The notes under the pieces were generated by a model. It did not search any database, was not told the DNA's origin, and worked only from the letters and a program-made list of their open reading frames with translations. A program made the translations under genes and the position numbers. A stretch of DNA of 64,000 nt, taken from an uncultured virus (IMG/VR IMGVR_UViG_2634166398_000002) (taxonomy: Duplodnaviria > Heunggongvirae > Uroviricota > Caudoviricetes). Positions 39,285-50,200 of the stretch are shown here, piece by piece. The stretch is from IMG/VR virus record IMGVR_UViG_2634166398_000002; one strand, 5' to 3'. Each line of letters opens with the position of its first letter. Within the stretch, counting starts at the first letter, position 1.

Positions 39285-40076
39285 ATGAAAACAGTTATTC
39301 AAGATACAGCTGATGTTTATTTCAGAAGAAAATCTGATGGTCAGCTTGTATTCACAGCAGAAGCACAAACAGCTTCATTCTCCCAAGCCATCTCCGAAGA
39401 CAAGCTTCGAGGCGGTATCGGGAATAAACCACTTTATATCTTGAAGTCTGAAAAAGAAATCAATCTTACTGTCAAGAATGCGTTTTTCGACTTAGAGTGG
39501 TTAGCGATGACGCAAGGTGAAACAATTGAGGAAGAAGCAAAAGTTCAGGTTTTCGACCGTGAACATGGTCTAATTGTTGATGACAAAAATGAGGTTACTC
39601 TTAAAGGTAAACCGGTAAGTGATGTAACCTTCTTCAACAAAAAAGGATTAACTTATAAGACGCCTGTATCTACAGATGGCACATATTTAATCCCTACTGG
39701 ATTTGCTGGTAAAAAAGAAAAGTTAACAGCCGTATATCAGATTAACAAAATCGGCAGACGGCTCGCTATTAAAGCAAGTAAATTCTCTGAGCGATATGAA
39801 GTTGAGTACCGTACAATTGCGTATAACCCTGATACCGAAGAGGTCTATAGCGATATCTATATTCAATTCCCTAACGTATCCCCTTCAGGTGAGTTTGAAA
39901 TGTCTCTCGAAAACGGTAATGCATTAGCTCCAGAAATTAAATTTGAAGCACTGGCCGACACTGACACAGACGAAATGGCTGTTGTTATTGAAGCGAGCAG
40001 AGATGATAATGTAGCCACTCCAGATCCTGGCCCTGATACAGAAACTCAAACTAAATCCGTAGACGTTGGCAATTAA
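39285..40076 (+). CDS. yomU: Major tail tube protein candidate (YomU)
   Basis: Strong RBS, beta-rich, synteny. Confidence 0.65.
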   Translation: MKTVIQDTADVYFRRKSDGQLVFTAEAQTASFSQAISEDKLRGGIGNKPLYILKSEKEINLTVKNAFFDLEWLAMTQGETIEEEAKVQVFDREHGLIVDDKNEVTLKGKPVSDVTFFNKKGLTYKTPVSTDGTYLIPTGFAGKKEKLTAVYQINKIGRRLAIKASKFSERYEVEYRTIAYNPDTEEVYSDIYIQFPNVSPSGEFEMSLENGNALAPEIKFEALADTDTDEMAVVIEASRDDNVATPDPGPDTETQTKSVDVGN

Positions 40077-40096
40077 TTTTACAGGAGTGATTTTTA

Positions 40097-40564
40097 ATGG
40101 CAGCAAAACTTAATGATTTCGATGGTGTAAAATCTTCAGCTAGAGATGATGGAAACGGTGGTTTAGTAACTGACATTCATCTCAAATCACAAGAAAAGCC
40201 TCTACAAGTTGACTTCCCTCAAGCTGGTTTAGATGCTATCAAAGGCATCCAAGTACAATCCCCTTCCGTGACCTTGAATGAAAGAGATCCTGGTTTCTCC
40301 TCTTTTAAAACGGATAAGTTCACTGTTACTTCAACAGCTCAAAAAGTTACCGCAGGTATCACTGACAGAACAGCACTTACTATTTATCCTCCTGCAGAAG
40401 GCACGATTTACATTGGAAACTCTACTGTGACTGCTGATACGGGTATCCCATTGACAGCTGGTGACAAACCTTTTTCAGTTCCTGTCGCTGTTGGTAAAAC
40501 ACTTTATGTCTATGTGATTAATGACGGTACTGACAGAGACGTAAGAGTATTTGAGGCTAAATAA
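40097..40564 (+). CDS. Virion-associated hypothetical protein
   Basis: Beta-rich C-terminal domain; followed by terminator-like hairpin. Confidence 0.6.
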   Translation: MAAKLNDFDGVKSSARDDGNGGLVTDIHLKSQEKPLQVDFPQAGLDAIKGIQVQSPSVTLNERDPGFSSFKTDKFTVTSTAQKVTAGITDRTALTIYPPAEGTIYIGNSTVTADTGIPLTAGDKPFSVPVAVGKTLYVYVINDGTDRDVRVFEAK

Positions 40565-40635
40565 TTTGAGGGGATTCTTCCCCTCTCCTTTTTAAATAAA
40601 AGTCAGTTTTTAAACAGATTTAGGAGGTGGAGTTG

Positions 40636-40992
40636 TTGACAGAAACCGATGAAAATATTTTAAAAACCATTCCAGATAAAGCAACCTTTACATTCCACGA
40701 AGCAACAACTGCCCCGTCTGAAGGTGAAGAATTTGTAGTATCACATTATCGGGATATTACTGTTAAGATCTCTGGTTCCTCAACTTCAAGAGAAATAAAA
40801 TTCTTTGCTGTAGATGAAAGTGGCGAAAAGACAGAAATTGCTGGAACAAACAAAACTGATTTTCAATTAGGTACGGGCACATTGAATACAAATGAAAACT
40901 GGGATTTCGATATTGCGGGGCTTTTCAAATTCATGGTTGAGGTCATTTCCGTAAATGGAGATGTTACGGTTAAAGGAATTGCGGTGAGTTAA
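40636..40992 (+). CDS. yomS: YomS-like protein
   Basis: MTETDENILKTIPDK..., about 118 aa. Confidence 0.6.
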   Translation: MTETDENILKTIPDKATFTFHEATTAPSEGEEFVVSHYRDITVKISGSSTSREIKFFAVDESGEKTEIAGTNKTDFQLGTGTLNTNENWDFDIAGLFKFMVEVISVNGDVTVKGIAVS

Positions 40993-42326
40993 TGAGCAGC
41001 AGTAAATTTGTAGGCCAGCTCAAACAAAACAATATACAAATCAATAACCTTAAAGATCAATTTTTCAGAACTGAATCTCATATGTCTGATCATGAAAAAC
41101 GTTTATCTGACAAAGTCGATGAGTTCATGGAAAAGCAAAATTCGGAATTAAAGTCGCATACTCAGAATACAGAAAACCCACACAAAGTAACTAAAGAGCA
41201 AGTCGGATTATCAAATGTACTTAATGAAGAGCAAGCCACAAAAGTTGCTTTTGATGACCATCTTAACGATAAGAAAAATCCTCATGCAGTTACTAAAAGC
41301 CAAGTTGGTTTGTCTAAGGTTGATAATGTTCAACAAGCAGCAAAAATTGATTTTGACGCTCACGATGCAGACCTCGATCGACATATCACAAAGGATGAGC
41401 GCAGTTATTGGAACAGCTCTGATGAAAGGGCAAAGTCTTTTTTAGCTGAACATACTAACGATCAATCAAACCCACACAAGGTAACTGCTGAACAGGTTGG
41501 ACTTGGGAATGTAGACAATGTAAAACAAGCTACTAAAAGTGACTTTGATAATCATCTGAATGATACTAATGTCCATATCAACAAATCTGATCGGGATAGA
41601 TGGGACGCTGCTCAACTTTTCAAACTCACTGCCGATGATGGGAAAGTATTCTACAAAGGTAGCTCCGAAAAAACGGAGTACAATGATTTGATTAACACTG
41701 GATTTTATTTAATCGCAAACCAGGGGCTTCACTCCCCTGCCAACTTATCCAATGTCTATTTAGCTGTCATGAACTATGGAACTACAATTGCACAATTTGC
41801 ATTAGAGGCGTATTACGGAACGCATACTTATTTCCGTTTTAGAAAAAGCGATTCAACTTGGACTTCATGGCAAACACACGAAACGACTGACGGGGCACAA
41901 GTAAGAGCTACTACCGCACTCAACTCAGCGAAAGCCTATACCGATGCCCACGAAGCAAAAACTGATATTCACGTTACTTTAGATGACAAAGCCAGATGGA
42001 GTGGTACATCAGGTTCTTGGAACCCAGTTACACTTATTAATGGGGCTACACAATACTCCACTTACCCTTTCAAATTCTCAAGTGTAAATAACGTGTTATG
42101 GCTAAGAGGATCTTTCGGGACATTGCCGGCCATTGGAACTGCAGTTGCTAAATTCTCAACCAAGCCAACACAGCTGGTGGATTTTGTAGTACCCACAATT
42201 GGATCATATGGAACAGCGAGATTTGCCTTCACAACAGATGGAGATTTACGTTTTGATGGATTGTACGCTAATGACATTAACAGTGTTTCCAGAGTTTCAT
42301 TTAATATAGGAATTCCTTTATGGTAG
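40992..42326 (+). CDS. yomR: Tail-fibre-like protein YomR
   Basis: Three NPHxVTxxQVGLxNV repeats; knob-like NDLINTGFY...WTSW segment. Confidence 0.7.
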   Translation: MSSSKFVGQLKQNNIQINNLKDQFFRTESHMSDHEKRLSDKVDEFMEKQNSELKSHTQNTENPHKVTKEQVGLSNVLNEEQATKVAFDDHLNDKKNPHAVTKSQVGLSKVDNVQQAAKIDFDAHDADLDRHITKDERSYWNSSDERAKSFLAEHTNDQSNPHKVTAEQVGLGNVDNVKQATKSDFDNHLNDTNVHINKSDRDRWDAAQLFKLTADDGKVFYKGSSEKTEYNDLINTGFYLIANQGLHSPANLSNVYLAVMNYGTTIAQFALEAYYGTHTYFRFRKSDSTWTSWQTHETTDGAQVRATTALNSAKAYTDAHEAKTDIHVTLDDKARWSGTSGSWNPVTLINGATQYSTYPFKFSSVNNVLWLRGSFGTLPAIGTAVAKFSTKPTQLVDFVVPTIGSYGTARFAFTTDGDLRFDGLYANDINSVSRVSFNIGIPLW

Positions 42327-42340
42327 TAGGTGAAAATATT

Positions 42341-42658
42341 ATGCATGTTCTTTATTACGATGAGAACTTTATGTACGCTGGAGAAGACTTCATTGAAGGC
42401 GATGCTCTTCCTCCAAATAGTACAACTGCTGTCCCAGACCCCACAATAATCTTACCCAAATATGACCCCAAGAAAAATAAATGGATTGAATCAGCAACTG
42501 AAGAATACAAGGATAGTGTTAAACCAAGTATCCCTGAACCAAACGATTTTGAAATAATAGGACAAACCCTATCCCAACTCCGCCTAAGCTTGTTGCAAGT
42601 CAACAGAACAATAAACACAATGTTAAAAGATATTTCTGATCTAAGGGGAGGTTCATAA
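42341..42658 (+). CDS. yomQ: YomQ-like fibre assembly chaperone
   Basis: LPPNSTT..P...KWIESAT motif after fibre gene. Confidence 0.6.
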   Translation: MHVLYYDENFMYAGEDFIEGDALPPNSTTAVPDPTIILPKYDPKKNKWIESATEEYKDSVKPSIPEPNDFEIIGQTLSQLRLSLLQVNRTINTMLKDISDLRGGS

Positions 42659-42659
42659 A

Positions 42660-42854
42660 ATAACTACATATAATTATTGGGTTAATGCCCTGAGTCGGAA
42701 ATGGGCAACCGTCGATCAAGTCAAAGAAGCTTACCAGGAATTCAACGATGTGACAAAAGAAGAACTACAATTAGGTGTAAAGAATGGTTTAGTCACTTTA
42801 GAAGAGTACAAAGAAATCACTGGCGAAGACTACGAAGAAGCAGACACAGAATAA
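42660..42854 (+). CDS. yomP: XkdX/YomP-family protein with ATA at the start position
   Basis: GGAGG RBS 8 nt before ATA; (M)TTYNYW...GVKNGLVTLEEYKEITGEDY. Confidence 0.7.
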   Translation: MTTYNYWVNALSRKWATVDQVKEAYQEFNDVTKEELQLGVKNGLVTLEEYKEITGEDYEEADTE

Positions 42855-42872
42855 AATACAAGTTTTATTTAG

Positions 42873-42903
42873 ACACCTCTCCCGTTTTGAGGTGTCTTTT
42901 TTT
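42873..42903 (+). terminator. Terminator
   Basis: ACACCTC...GAGGTGT plus T-run. Confidence 0.7.
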
Positions 42904-42937
42904 AATGAATTCAGAGGATATATAAGGAGGAAATGAG

Positions 42938-43423
42938 ATGGCATCGAAAAAATTAAATTTTGGATTAATTGAAGAAAGTGTGAGCAAATACGATAAGAAA
43001 GAAAAAGTGCAACTCACTGATGACGTACATGTCTTTATTTACCCACACTTTGCCCCTTCTCGCATATCCAAAATGTTTATTGAGATAATTAAAGACCCCG
43101 AACGAGCTGAAGAAAAAGGGATTGATTTTAAGAAGATCAATTATTTCGATTGGATAGCTTTTTCACTAATTAAAGAATTTACGGATTTAGGCATTCCAAA
43201 TGATATTAAGAATAAGATCAAATGGTTTCACAACCTTACTGACTCTGAATTTTTCCCATTGATTCTAAGTAGCTTCCCTGAAGAAAGCATAAAGAGACTT
43301 GGTGAAGCAACAAAGATGCTTCAAGATAATTTAGATAAACTTTCAAATATGTCTCAAGAAGAAATAATTGATCTTGTCATTAACAAGGTCGAAGAGATTG
43401 AAAATGAACAAGAGGCTGAATAA
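42938..43423 (+). CDS. yomO: YomO-like tail assembly chaperone candidate
   Basis: Synteny. Confidence 0.55.
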   Translation: MASKKLNFGLIEESVSKYDKKEKVQLTDDVHVFIYPHFAPSRISKMFIEIIKDPERAEEKGIDFKKINYFDWIAFSLIKEFTDLGIPNDIKNKIKWFHNLTDSEFFPLILSSFPEESIKRLGEATKMLQDNLDKLSNMSQEEIIDLVINKVEEIENEQEAE

Positions 43424-43839
43424 TGGCCAAGAACATAAAAGAAATAGCAGCACTAATTGAATTTGCCGCAAAGCAAGCCGTTCAAAAGCAATCCAGCACC
43501 AAAAATACGATGATTAAAACGGGTCAAGAGCATGTGCAATCTGATGTATATGACGCCTACAATCCCCTTGAATATGAGCGTACGTCTCTTTTGAAGGACT
43601 CCTTTGTCATTCAAAACGAATCTAACGGAGTTTCATTAGACAATACCCGTGAAGACAACGGTATGGATGTTGCCACGGTTGTTGAGACTGGTCAAGGGTA
43701 TACGTATCCAGATAAATACGGTTATGGTTATGGAAAACCTCGCCCATTTATGAAGAATACCGCTGAATCGTTAAAAGATGGACGATTAGTTGCTGCTATG
43801 AAAAAAGATTTAAATGCAAGTGGTATTAAAACAGAATAA
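43423..43839 (+). CDS. yomN: YomN-like tail completion protein
   Basis: YERT..L and PRPFM motifs (HK97 gp10-like). Confidence 0.6.
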   Translation: MAKNIKEIAALIEFAAKQAVQKQSSTKNTMIKTGQEHVQSDVYDAYNPLEYERTSLLKDSFVIQNESNGVSLDNTREDNGMDVATVVETGQGYTYPDKYGYGYGKPRPFMKNTAESLKDGRLVAAMKKDLNASGIKTE

Positions 43840-43852
43840 CGGTGGTGTATTA

Positions 43853-44854
43853 ATGGCCAGAGAAATAAAACAAAACATGATGCGCTCTAGAGCCGAAAAG
43901 TTGCCCGAAGTCACGGATGAAATGTGGGGTCAGGTTGATGACGAGCATAGAAGCTTAACTCAAGAGTTTCTTGACGCCCACTCATTCCGAGATAAAACCA
44001 GGAAGCAATACAACTCCTCTCTTCGTCAGTTCTTCTGGTGGGTACATAATTCCTTGAATGGGAAGAAGCTTTACAAAATATCCAAAAGGGATTTCATCAG
44101 ATATCAAAGCTTCCTGAAAAATAGAGGGATGTCTTCAAGTGGAATAGCTTTAAAAAAGGCTGGAGTATCTTCTTTAAATAACTACATTGAAAATGTTGTT
44201 GCTGAAGATGACGATAATTACAAATCATTCAGGAACTTCACAAGAGGTCTCCCTGCCATCCCTAAAACAACCACGTATGAAAAAGTAAAGGTCACTTACG
44301 ATGAATACAGAACAATGATGAAAGTGCTTGAAGAAGATAAAAACTATTTGGGGATGGCTTGGTTAGCTACTGCCTTTAATGTAGGTGCCAGAAGAGCTGA
44401 AATTATTCAGTTTAAAACCGAAATCCTGAATTATGAGATACCTGAAGGTCAATCTTATGTCATGGCTCACAAAGTTCTTGGAAAAGGAAAAGGCGAAGGA
44501 AAACCCCTCGACTACATGATTAACACAGAAGCTCTGGAATATTTGAAGCTTTGGCATGAACAACGGGGATATGACCATGAATATTTATTTACTACACAGT
44601 ACGGTGGCCAACCAAGACAAATGTCAGAGGGTTGGGCTGACTATTTTTGTTCTGATGTTCTTTCTGATATCCTCGGTCGCCGCATTAACCCTCACCTATT
44701 TAAGGCCTCCTGTATTACTTACCTTCTTGAAGTCAAGAAAATTAAGATTGAGCTCGTGAGTAAATATGTTGCACAGCATAATGACGTGTCTACAACAATT
44801 AAGCATTACGACCTTCGTGATTTTAAAGAAGAAAAGAATCAAATCTTCTCGTAA
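43853..44854 (+). CDS. yomM: Tyrosine recombinase YomM
   Basis: GARRAE, GKGK, HLFK, QH, KHY. Confidence 0.8.
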   Translation: MAREIKQNMMRSRAEKLPEVTDEMWGQVDDEHRSLTQEFLDAHSFRDKTRKQYNSSLRQFFWWVHNSLNGKKLYKISKRDFIRYQSFLKNRGMSSSGIALKKAGVSSLNNYIENVVAEDDDNYKSFRNFTRGLPAIPKTTTYEKVKVTYDEYRTMMKVLEEDKNYLGMAWLATAFNVGARRAEIIQFKTEILNYEIPEGQSYVMAHKVLGKGKGEGKPLDYMINTEALEYLKLWHEQRGYDHEYLFTTQYGGQPRQMSEGWADYFCSDVLSDILGRRINPHLFKASCITYLLEVKKIKIELVSKYVAQHNDVSTTIKHYDLRDFKEEKNQIFS

Positions 44855-44859
44855 ACATT

Positions 44860-45114
44860 ATGAGTCTCTTCAATCCTCACCAAAGTTCAATTGAGAATAT
44901 GCAACAGCAAATTAATGAACTGAACGAAGCTGTTGCTGAATTAGCTAGGCTGCTTGATACTAAAGCAGATAGGAATCAATTCGGGTCTAAACAGATTGAT
45001 GAATCCAAAATCAGTGATGGTAAGGTTCTTGTTTACAACGCAAGTACCGGTAAACTTGAATACGGAAAGATTAAGAAAAGCCTGTTGGGAGACATATCAA
45101 TTGATTTGCTTTAG
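44860..45114 (+). CDS. Hypothetical coiled-coil protein
   Basis: ORF track. Confidence 0.55.
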   Translation: MSLFNPHQSSIENMQQQINELNEAVAELARLLDTKADRNQFGSKQIDESKISDGKVLVYNASTGKLEYGKIKKSLLGDISIDLL

Positions 45115-45470
45115 GCAGCACTCTTTATGAAATCCCTCTTTTATGCAGAATCAAGATCCTTCAACCGAGGGATTTTGCTTACGTGTAAAAACAGCTATAT
45201 TAACATTAATGATAAATTAAATGGGAGACCTCCTCAATGAGAAGAACAGATGAAGTCATTGAATTTATTGAGAATTTTTTGAATTAGAAGAAAGGTAAAA
45301 AGTCATTTCCTAAGACCATTTAGCAGGTTTACTTTTTTATGATGAAAAAACGGGTCTATTTTTGAATATTCCGAAGGTAATGCAATCAAGCTTGATATGA
45401 ATGCTAAATAGGCTATTATAGTAACTAATGTGTTATTATGGAATCACATTAGTTACAGGAGTGATTAAAA

Positions 45471-46007
45471 TTGCCCTCAGTTTTAGAAAATAAAATAAAG
45501 AACTTTACAAATGCTGTTGAAAAATCAATTGAAGATGAAAATTGGTACTCTGCCTTGGCTTTAGCTTTAGCACTACCTGACATCTGTGGAAACCTCCAAG
45601 ACCCTAAAAGGTCATCCTCAGATAAATATATAGGGTTTTTTAATGATTTTATAAAACAAAAATACACTCGTTTAATTGGGGATCCTAAAGAACCTCAAGA
45701 ATTTTTAAATGGAAGAGATATGTATGCTTTAAGATGCTCTTTCCTACATGCCGGCGAAGTGGAAATATCAAAACAAAGGATAAAAAATGTATTAGACGGT
45801 TATATTTTCTTAAAGCCAAATAATATAATTTATGCGCATATGAACAAAGTTAATGATACACTTCAATTACAAATAGATGTTTTTTGCAAGCATATTATAC
45901 AAGCTGTTAATGAATGGCTTATATCTTACAAAAATATAAAAGAAATAGAGGAACGTGCAGAGTTAATGATTGATATTGTGGGATCGACTGACAATATAAG
46001 CTTTTAA
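45471..46007 (+). CDS. Putative HEPN-domain protein
   Basis: YSALALALALPDICG and YALRCSFLH (Rx4H). Confidence 0.65.
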   Translation: MPSVLENKIKNFTNAVEKSIEDENWYSALALALALPDICGNLQDPKRSSSDKYIGFFNDFIKQKYTRLIGDPKEPQEFLNGRDMYALRCSFLHAGEVEISKQRIKNVLDGYIFLKPNNIIYAHMNKVNDTLQLQIDVFCKHIIQAVNEWLISYKNIKEIEERAELMIDIVGSTDNISF

Positions 46008-46082
46008 AAAAGAATAATAAGAGAAATCAGATCACCTTAACATATTAACACCTTTTGACGATAGTATGGAGAGGTGATTTTT

Positions 46083-46511
46083 ATGTTCAATAAGAACTAT
46101 ATCAAACGGCAATTTGTTGAACTTCGTGTTAATGAGCTTATAAAATTTATAAAAAAAGAATTCCCATATGAAGGTCAAGATTACGTGTCACATAACAATA
46201 AAATCCAAGTATTGAAATCTCTCAGCCACTCTGACTTATCAGCAATTATTGCACGCATGTCAAGAATTGAAATTGTTCACGATATAACAAAAACAGTTTC
46301 ATTGATTACTGCGGTTCTTTCTGCAATAACACTTGTAATGAAATTTGTATTTGGTGAAGGAATGTCTTACACTGTGTTATTTGCGCTTTATGTCTCGTGT
46401 ATAGCTATAGCAGGATTGCTAGATAGAAGGAAACATATTGCGGCTACTTATTTTAAAGACTTGGTAATACGTATCAAAGAAGATAAAGTTAGAGACGAAC
46501 AAAAAGATTGA
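46083..46511 (+). CDS. YomK-like membrane protein
   Basis: Two TM helices; synteny. Confidence 0.5.
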   Translation: MFNKNYIKRQFVELRVNELIKFIKKEFPYEGQDYVSHNNKIQVLKSLSHSDLSAIIARMSRIEIVHDITKTVSLITAVLSAITLVMKFVFGEGMSYTVLFALYVSCIAIAGLLDRRKHIAATYFKDLVIRIKEDKVRDEQKD

Positions 46512-46596
46512 CGCTGTTTCCCTCTTTCTGATGATACAGTTCTAAGCTTCTGGAAACCATGATATAATGTAGGAAAATAATACTGGTGGTGGTTGG

Positions 46597-47223
46597 ATGA
46601 TCTGGGCTATCATTCTAATTTTAGTGATTGGCGCTTTCATTATTATCGGGGTTTGCGCTTCAGATAAGCAAAAAGAAATGGATAAAAAAAGGGCAACCGA
46701 GATTGAGATCATCGGGAACTTCCCTTCTAATTACAAGTCGATTATTAATCCCGATAAAAATGCAAAGCTTACATTAGTTGAACCGGATGATAAGTTTATG
46801 ATCCACAAATTCAATCAATATGGAACACTGGAAGAAAAAATTATTCCCTTTGAAAAAATCATTGAAGCCGAGGTTTCAATTGATGATTGTACAGTTACAA
46901 AAGTATCCAAAGGAAGTCAAATAACCGGCGCTGTTGTTGGTGGATTAGCAGCAGGAAGCATTGGGGCATTAGTTGGTGGGCTATCTTCCAATAAGACAGA
47001 AACAAAACACTTCAAAAAAATTGATTTAAAATTAAAACTCGATGATTTCTCCTCCCCTATTTACAGATTTGATTTCCTGCCGAGTAAAGATGAATTTGGC
47101 CTAGAGAATGTTAAAGGGTTTAAACAGGATGATCCAAAAGTTAAAGATGCTTTATCAAATGCTGAAATATGGCAAGGGATTATGGAGATTGCAATACGGA
47201 AAGCAAACAAAGTCGCTCAATAA
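46597..47223 (+). CDS. yomJ: YomJ-like membrane-anchored protein
   Basis: N-terminal TM, GAVVGGLAAGSIGALVGG motif; own TATAAT-like promoter; precedes cwlP. Confidence 0.6.
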   Translation: MIWAIILILVIGAFIIIGVCASDKQKEMDKKRATEIEIIGNFPSNYKSIINPDKNAKLTLVEPDDKFMIHKFNQYGTLEEKIIPFEKIIEAEVSIDDCTVTKVSKGSQITGAVVGGLAAGSIGALVGGLSSNKTETKHFKKIDLKLKLDDFSSPIYRFDFLPSKDEFGLENVKGFKQDDPKVKDALSNAEIWQGIMEIAIRKANKVAQ

Positions 47224-47286
47224 TGAGTGGCTTTTTTATATGCCCTAAAAATCACTCTCCCCTATTCGAAAGGATGTGACCTATAT

Positions 47287-50200
47287 TTGAGTCAAGATTT
47301 AAAGATCATACTCACACCCAAAGCTGATACTTCTTCAAAAACTGTCGAACAGTTAAATCAGCAAATTAAATCTTTAGAGAAAAAGCTAAATTCCCTTAAT
47401 TTAAAGACCAATATTGATGCCTCTGCTTTAAAGACTCTCAACGATTTCTCCTCTGCAGTCGACACTTATCAAAAACATCTCAAATCCTTCAATCAAACAG
47501 TTAAAGAAACTACAACTATTACCAGAAGTGCTGATGGCACTGTTGAAAAGCTTACACAGCAGTATAAGAAAAATGGCGAAATCATTCAGCGTGAAAAGAA
47601 ATTCATCGACAATCGTAATCAATCACTACGTGAACAAACGCAAGAAGTTAACAGACTTACTCAAGCGACTGAAAAACTTGGTCAGGTACAGAAGAAAACA
47701 GAACAAAAGAATGCTCAAGGACAAACAACGAGGGTTACTCAAAAGAACCGCAATGGCTTTGACGATATTACCTATACTACTGACCCAAAAACAAACGCTA
47801 CGTCGTCGAAAGTTACAACAAACTATGATCAGCAACGAAAAGCAATTGAACAATTAAAACTGGATTTAGAAAAACTTAGGCAACAAGGAATTGTAACTGA
47901 TACCACCCTCTCCTCCCTTGGGCGGAAATTAAATACTGCTCAGACAGCACAGCAAATTGAAGCATTACAAAACAGAATTAAGATGCTCGATGATAAGTCT
48001 GCTGCTGTGGCGAAAAATAATGAACTCAGAAAAACTATTGAGTTGTATCAACGTCAAGCGCAGGTAAACGTACAAAACCTTAATACACGTTACGGCGATA
48101 CTATGGGTACCGGCAATAGACAAGCTGCTCAAGATTATTTAAATGCAGTAAATAGTCTTAATGTAAGTGCCGGCGGTAATAATATCAGATCTCAAATGCA
48201 AAGCTTGAACATGCAATTTAGGGAATTGGCTTCAAATGCTCAAACAGCGTCTAGTCAAGCCTCCTCTTTTGGCACAGAGTTAACTCAAGCTTTCAAAAGT
48301 ATGTCGACATATTTGATCTCCGGTTCTTTGTTCTATGGTGCTATATCTGGGCTCAAGGAAATGGTTTCCCAGGCTGTTGAAATTGATACTCTAATGACGA
48401 ATATCAGACGTGTAATGAATGAGCCTGATTATAAGTATAATGAGCTTCTTCAAGAGTCAATCAACTTAGGTGACACGCTTTCAAATAAGATCACTGACAT
48501 CCTGCAAATGACTGGCGATTTTGGGCGTATGGGTTTCGATGAAAGTGAACTGTCTACGCTTACTAAAACCGCTCAGGTTCTACAAAACGTCTCTGATTTA
48601 ACTCCTGATGATACAGTTAACACTTTAACTGCCGCAATGTTAAACTTCAATATTGCTGCGAATGATTCTATTTCAATCGCAGATAAGCTTAATGAAGTCG
48701 ATAACAACTATGCTGTAACTACTCTTGACCTAGCGAATTCAATCCGAAAAGCAGGAAGTACCGCTTCGACTTTTGGCGTTGAATTAAACGATCTGATTGG
48801 TTATACTACAGCAATTGCAAGTACCACCCGTGAATCAGGAAACATTGTTGGTAACTCACTTAAAACCATTTTCGCACGTATTGGGAATAATAATAGCTCA
48901 ATTAAAGCCTTAGAACAGATTGGTATTTCTGTGAAAACTGCCAGTGGCGAGGCAAAATCTGCTACTGATTTAATTAATGAGTTAGCAGACAAATGGAATA
49001 CCCTCAGTGATGCTCAAAAACAAAATACCTCAATAGGTGTAGCGGGCATTTATCAGCTTTCAAGATTTAATGCCTTGATGAATAATTTCTCCATATCACA
49101 AAATGCAGCGACCACTGCATCTAATTCCGCAGGAAGCGCTTGGAGTGAACAGCAGAAGTACGCTGACAGTTTACAGGCAAGATTAAACAGGCTGTCAAAT
49201 GCATTTACAGAAATGTCGATTGCCTCAAGTGAAGCCTTCATCTCTAATAGCATTGTTGTTTTTGCAGATGCACTTAAAGGATTAATGCAAACTAGTGCTC
49301 AAATTACTAAAACAGTCGGACTCCTACCTCAAGTTTTTGGTTCTGCGACAACTGCAATCCTGCTTTTCAACACCTCTCTTCGTACAGCTACCATCTCAAC
49401 TGGAATGTCTGCAATATCAACCCTTAAAAATCTTGTCTTAAACTTTAATGCTGTTGGGATTGGCGCAACCACCGCTTCAGCTAAAACTGCAGTTTGGACT
49501 CGAGTGGTTAATGCTTCAAGCGTTGCGATGAGCAACCTAAAGAAAGTAGCAGTCTCTACAAGCGCGTTTTTAGCCGGTAGTTTTCTTCCTATGGCAGCCA
49601 TGGTTGGACTTGGCGTCGTTATTGAGAAGTTAATTTCTTCTTACTCTGAGTTGAAACAAGCTAGAGAAGATTTTGAACAAGCGAAAACTACAAGCATTGA
49701 AGCAATTACAACCAATAAAGATGAAACTGATAAACTGATTAGCCAATACAAAGAACTGCAAAAGGCTAAAGATGGCGGGGCTTTATCAGCCAATCAGGAG
49801 CAAGAATACTTACAAGTAACGCAGCAGTTGGCGCAAACGTTCCCGAATTTGATCGCCGGGTATGATTCTCAAGGGCAAGCAATCATAAAGAAAAACCAAG
49901 CACTAAAGGATGCTATAAAGTACACTGAAGACCTTAGTAATTTAAACAAAAAAGACATTCAAACAGGTGCCAATAGTAACTTTAAGGAAAGCTTAAAAGA
50001 CATTGATAAACTCAATGATAAGATTAAACAGTATAAGCAGGTTGCCGATTATTATAAAAACGGCAAGAGTTGGGATATTTTCTCTTCTGAAAATGACAAA
50101 AAAAATCAAGGTATTAAAGCTGAACAAGATGCACTACGTACTGAACAAGAGCTATCCAGCTCACAGGCTAAAATTAGAGAGCAAGTGCAACAGACAATTG

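Noticed and set aside
42701..42925. Track ORF of 74 aa (MGNRRSS...)
   Set aside because: Alternate frame of the XkdX-family gene 42660..42854 and runs through a terminator
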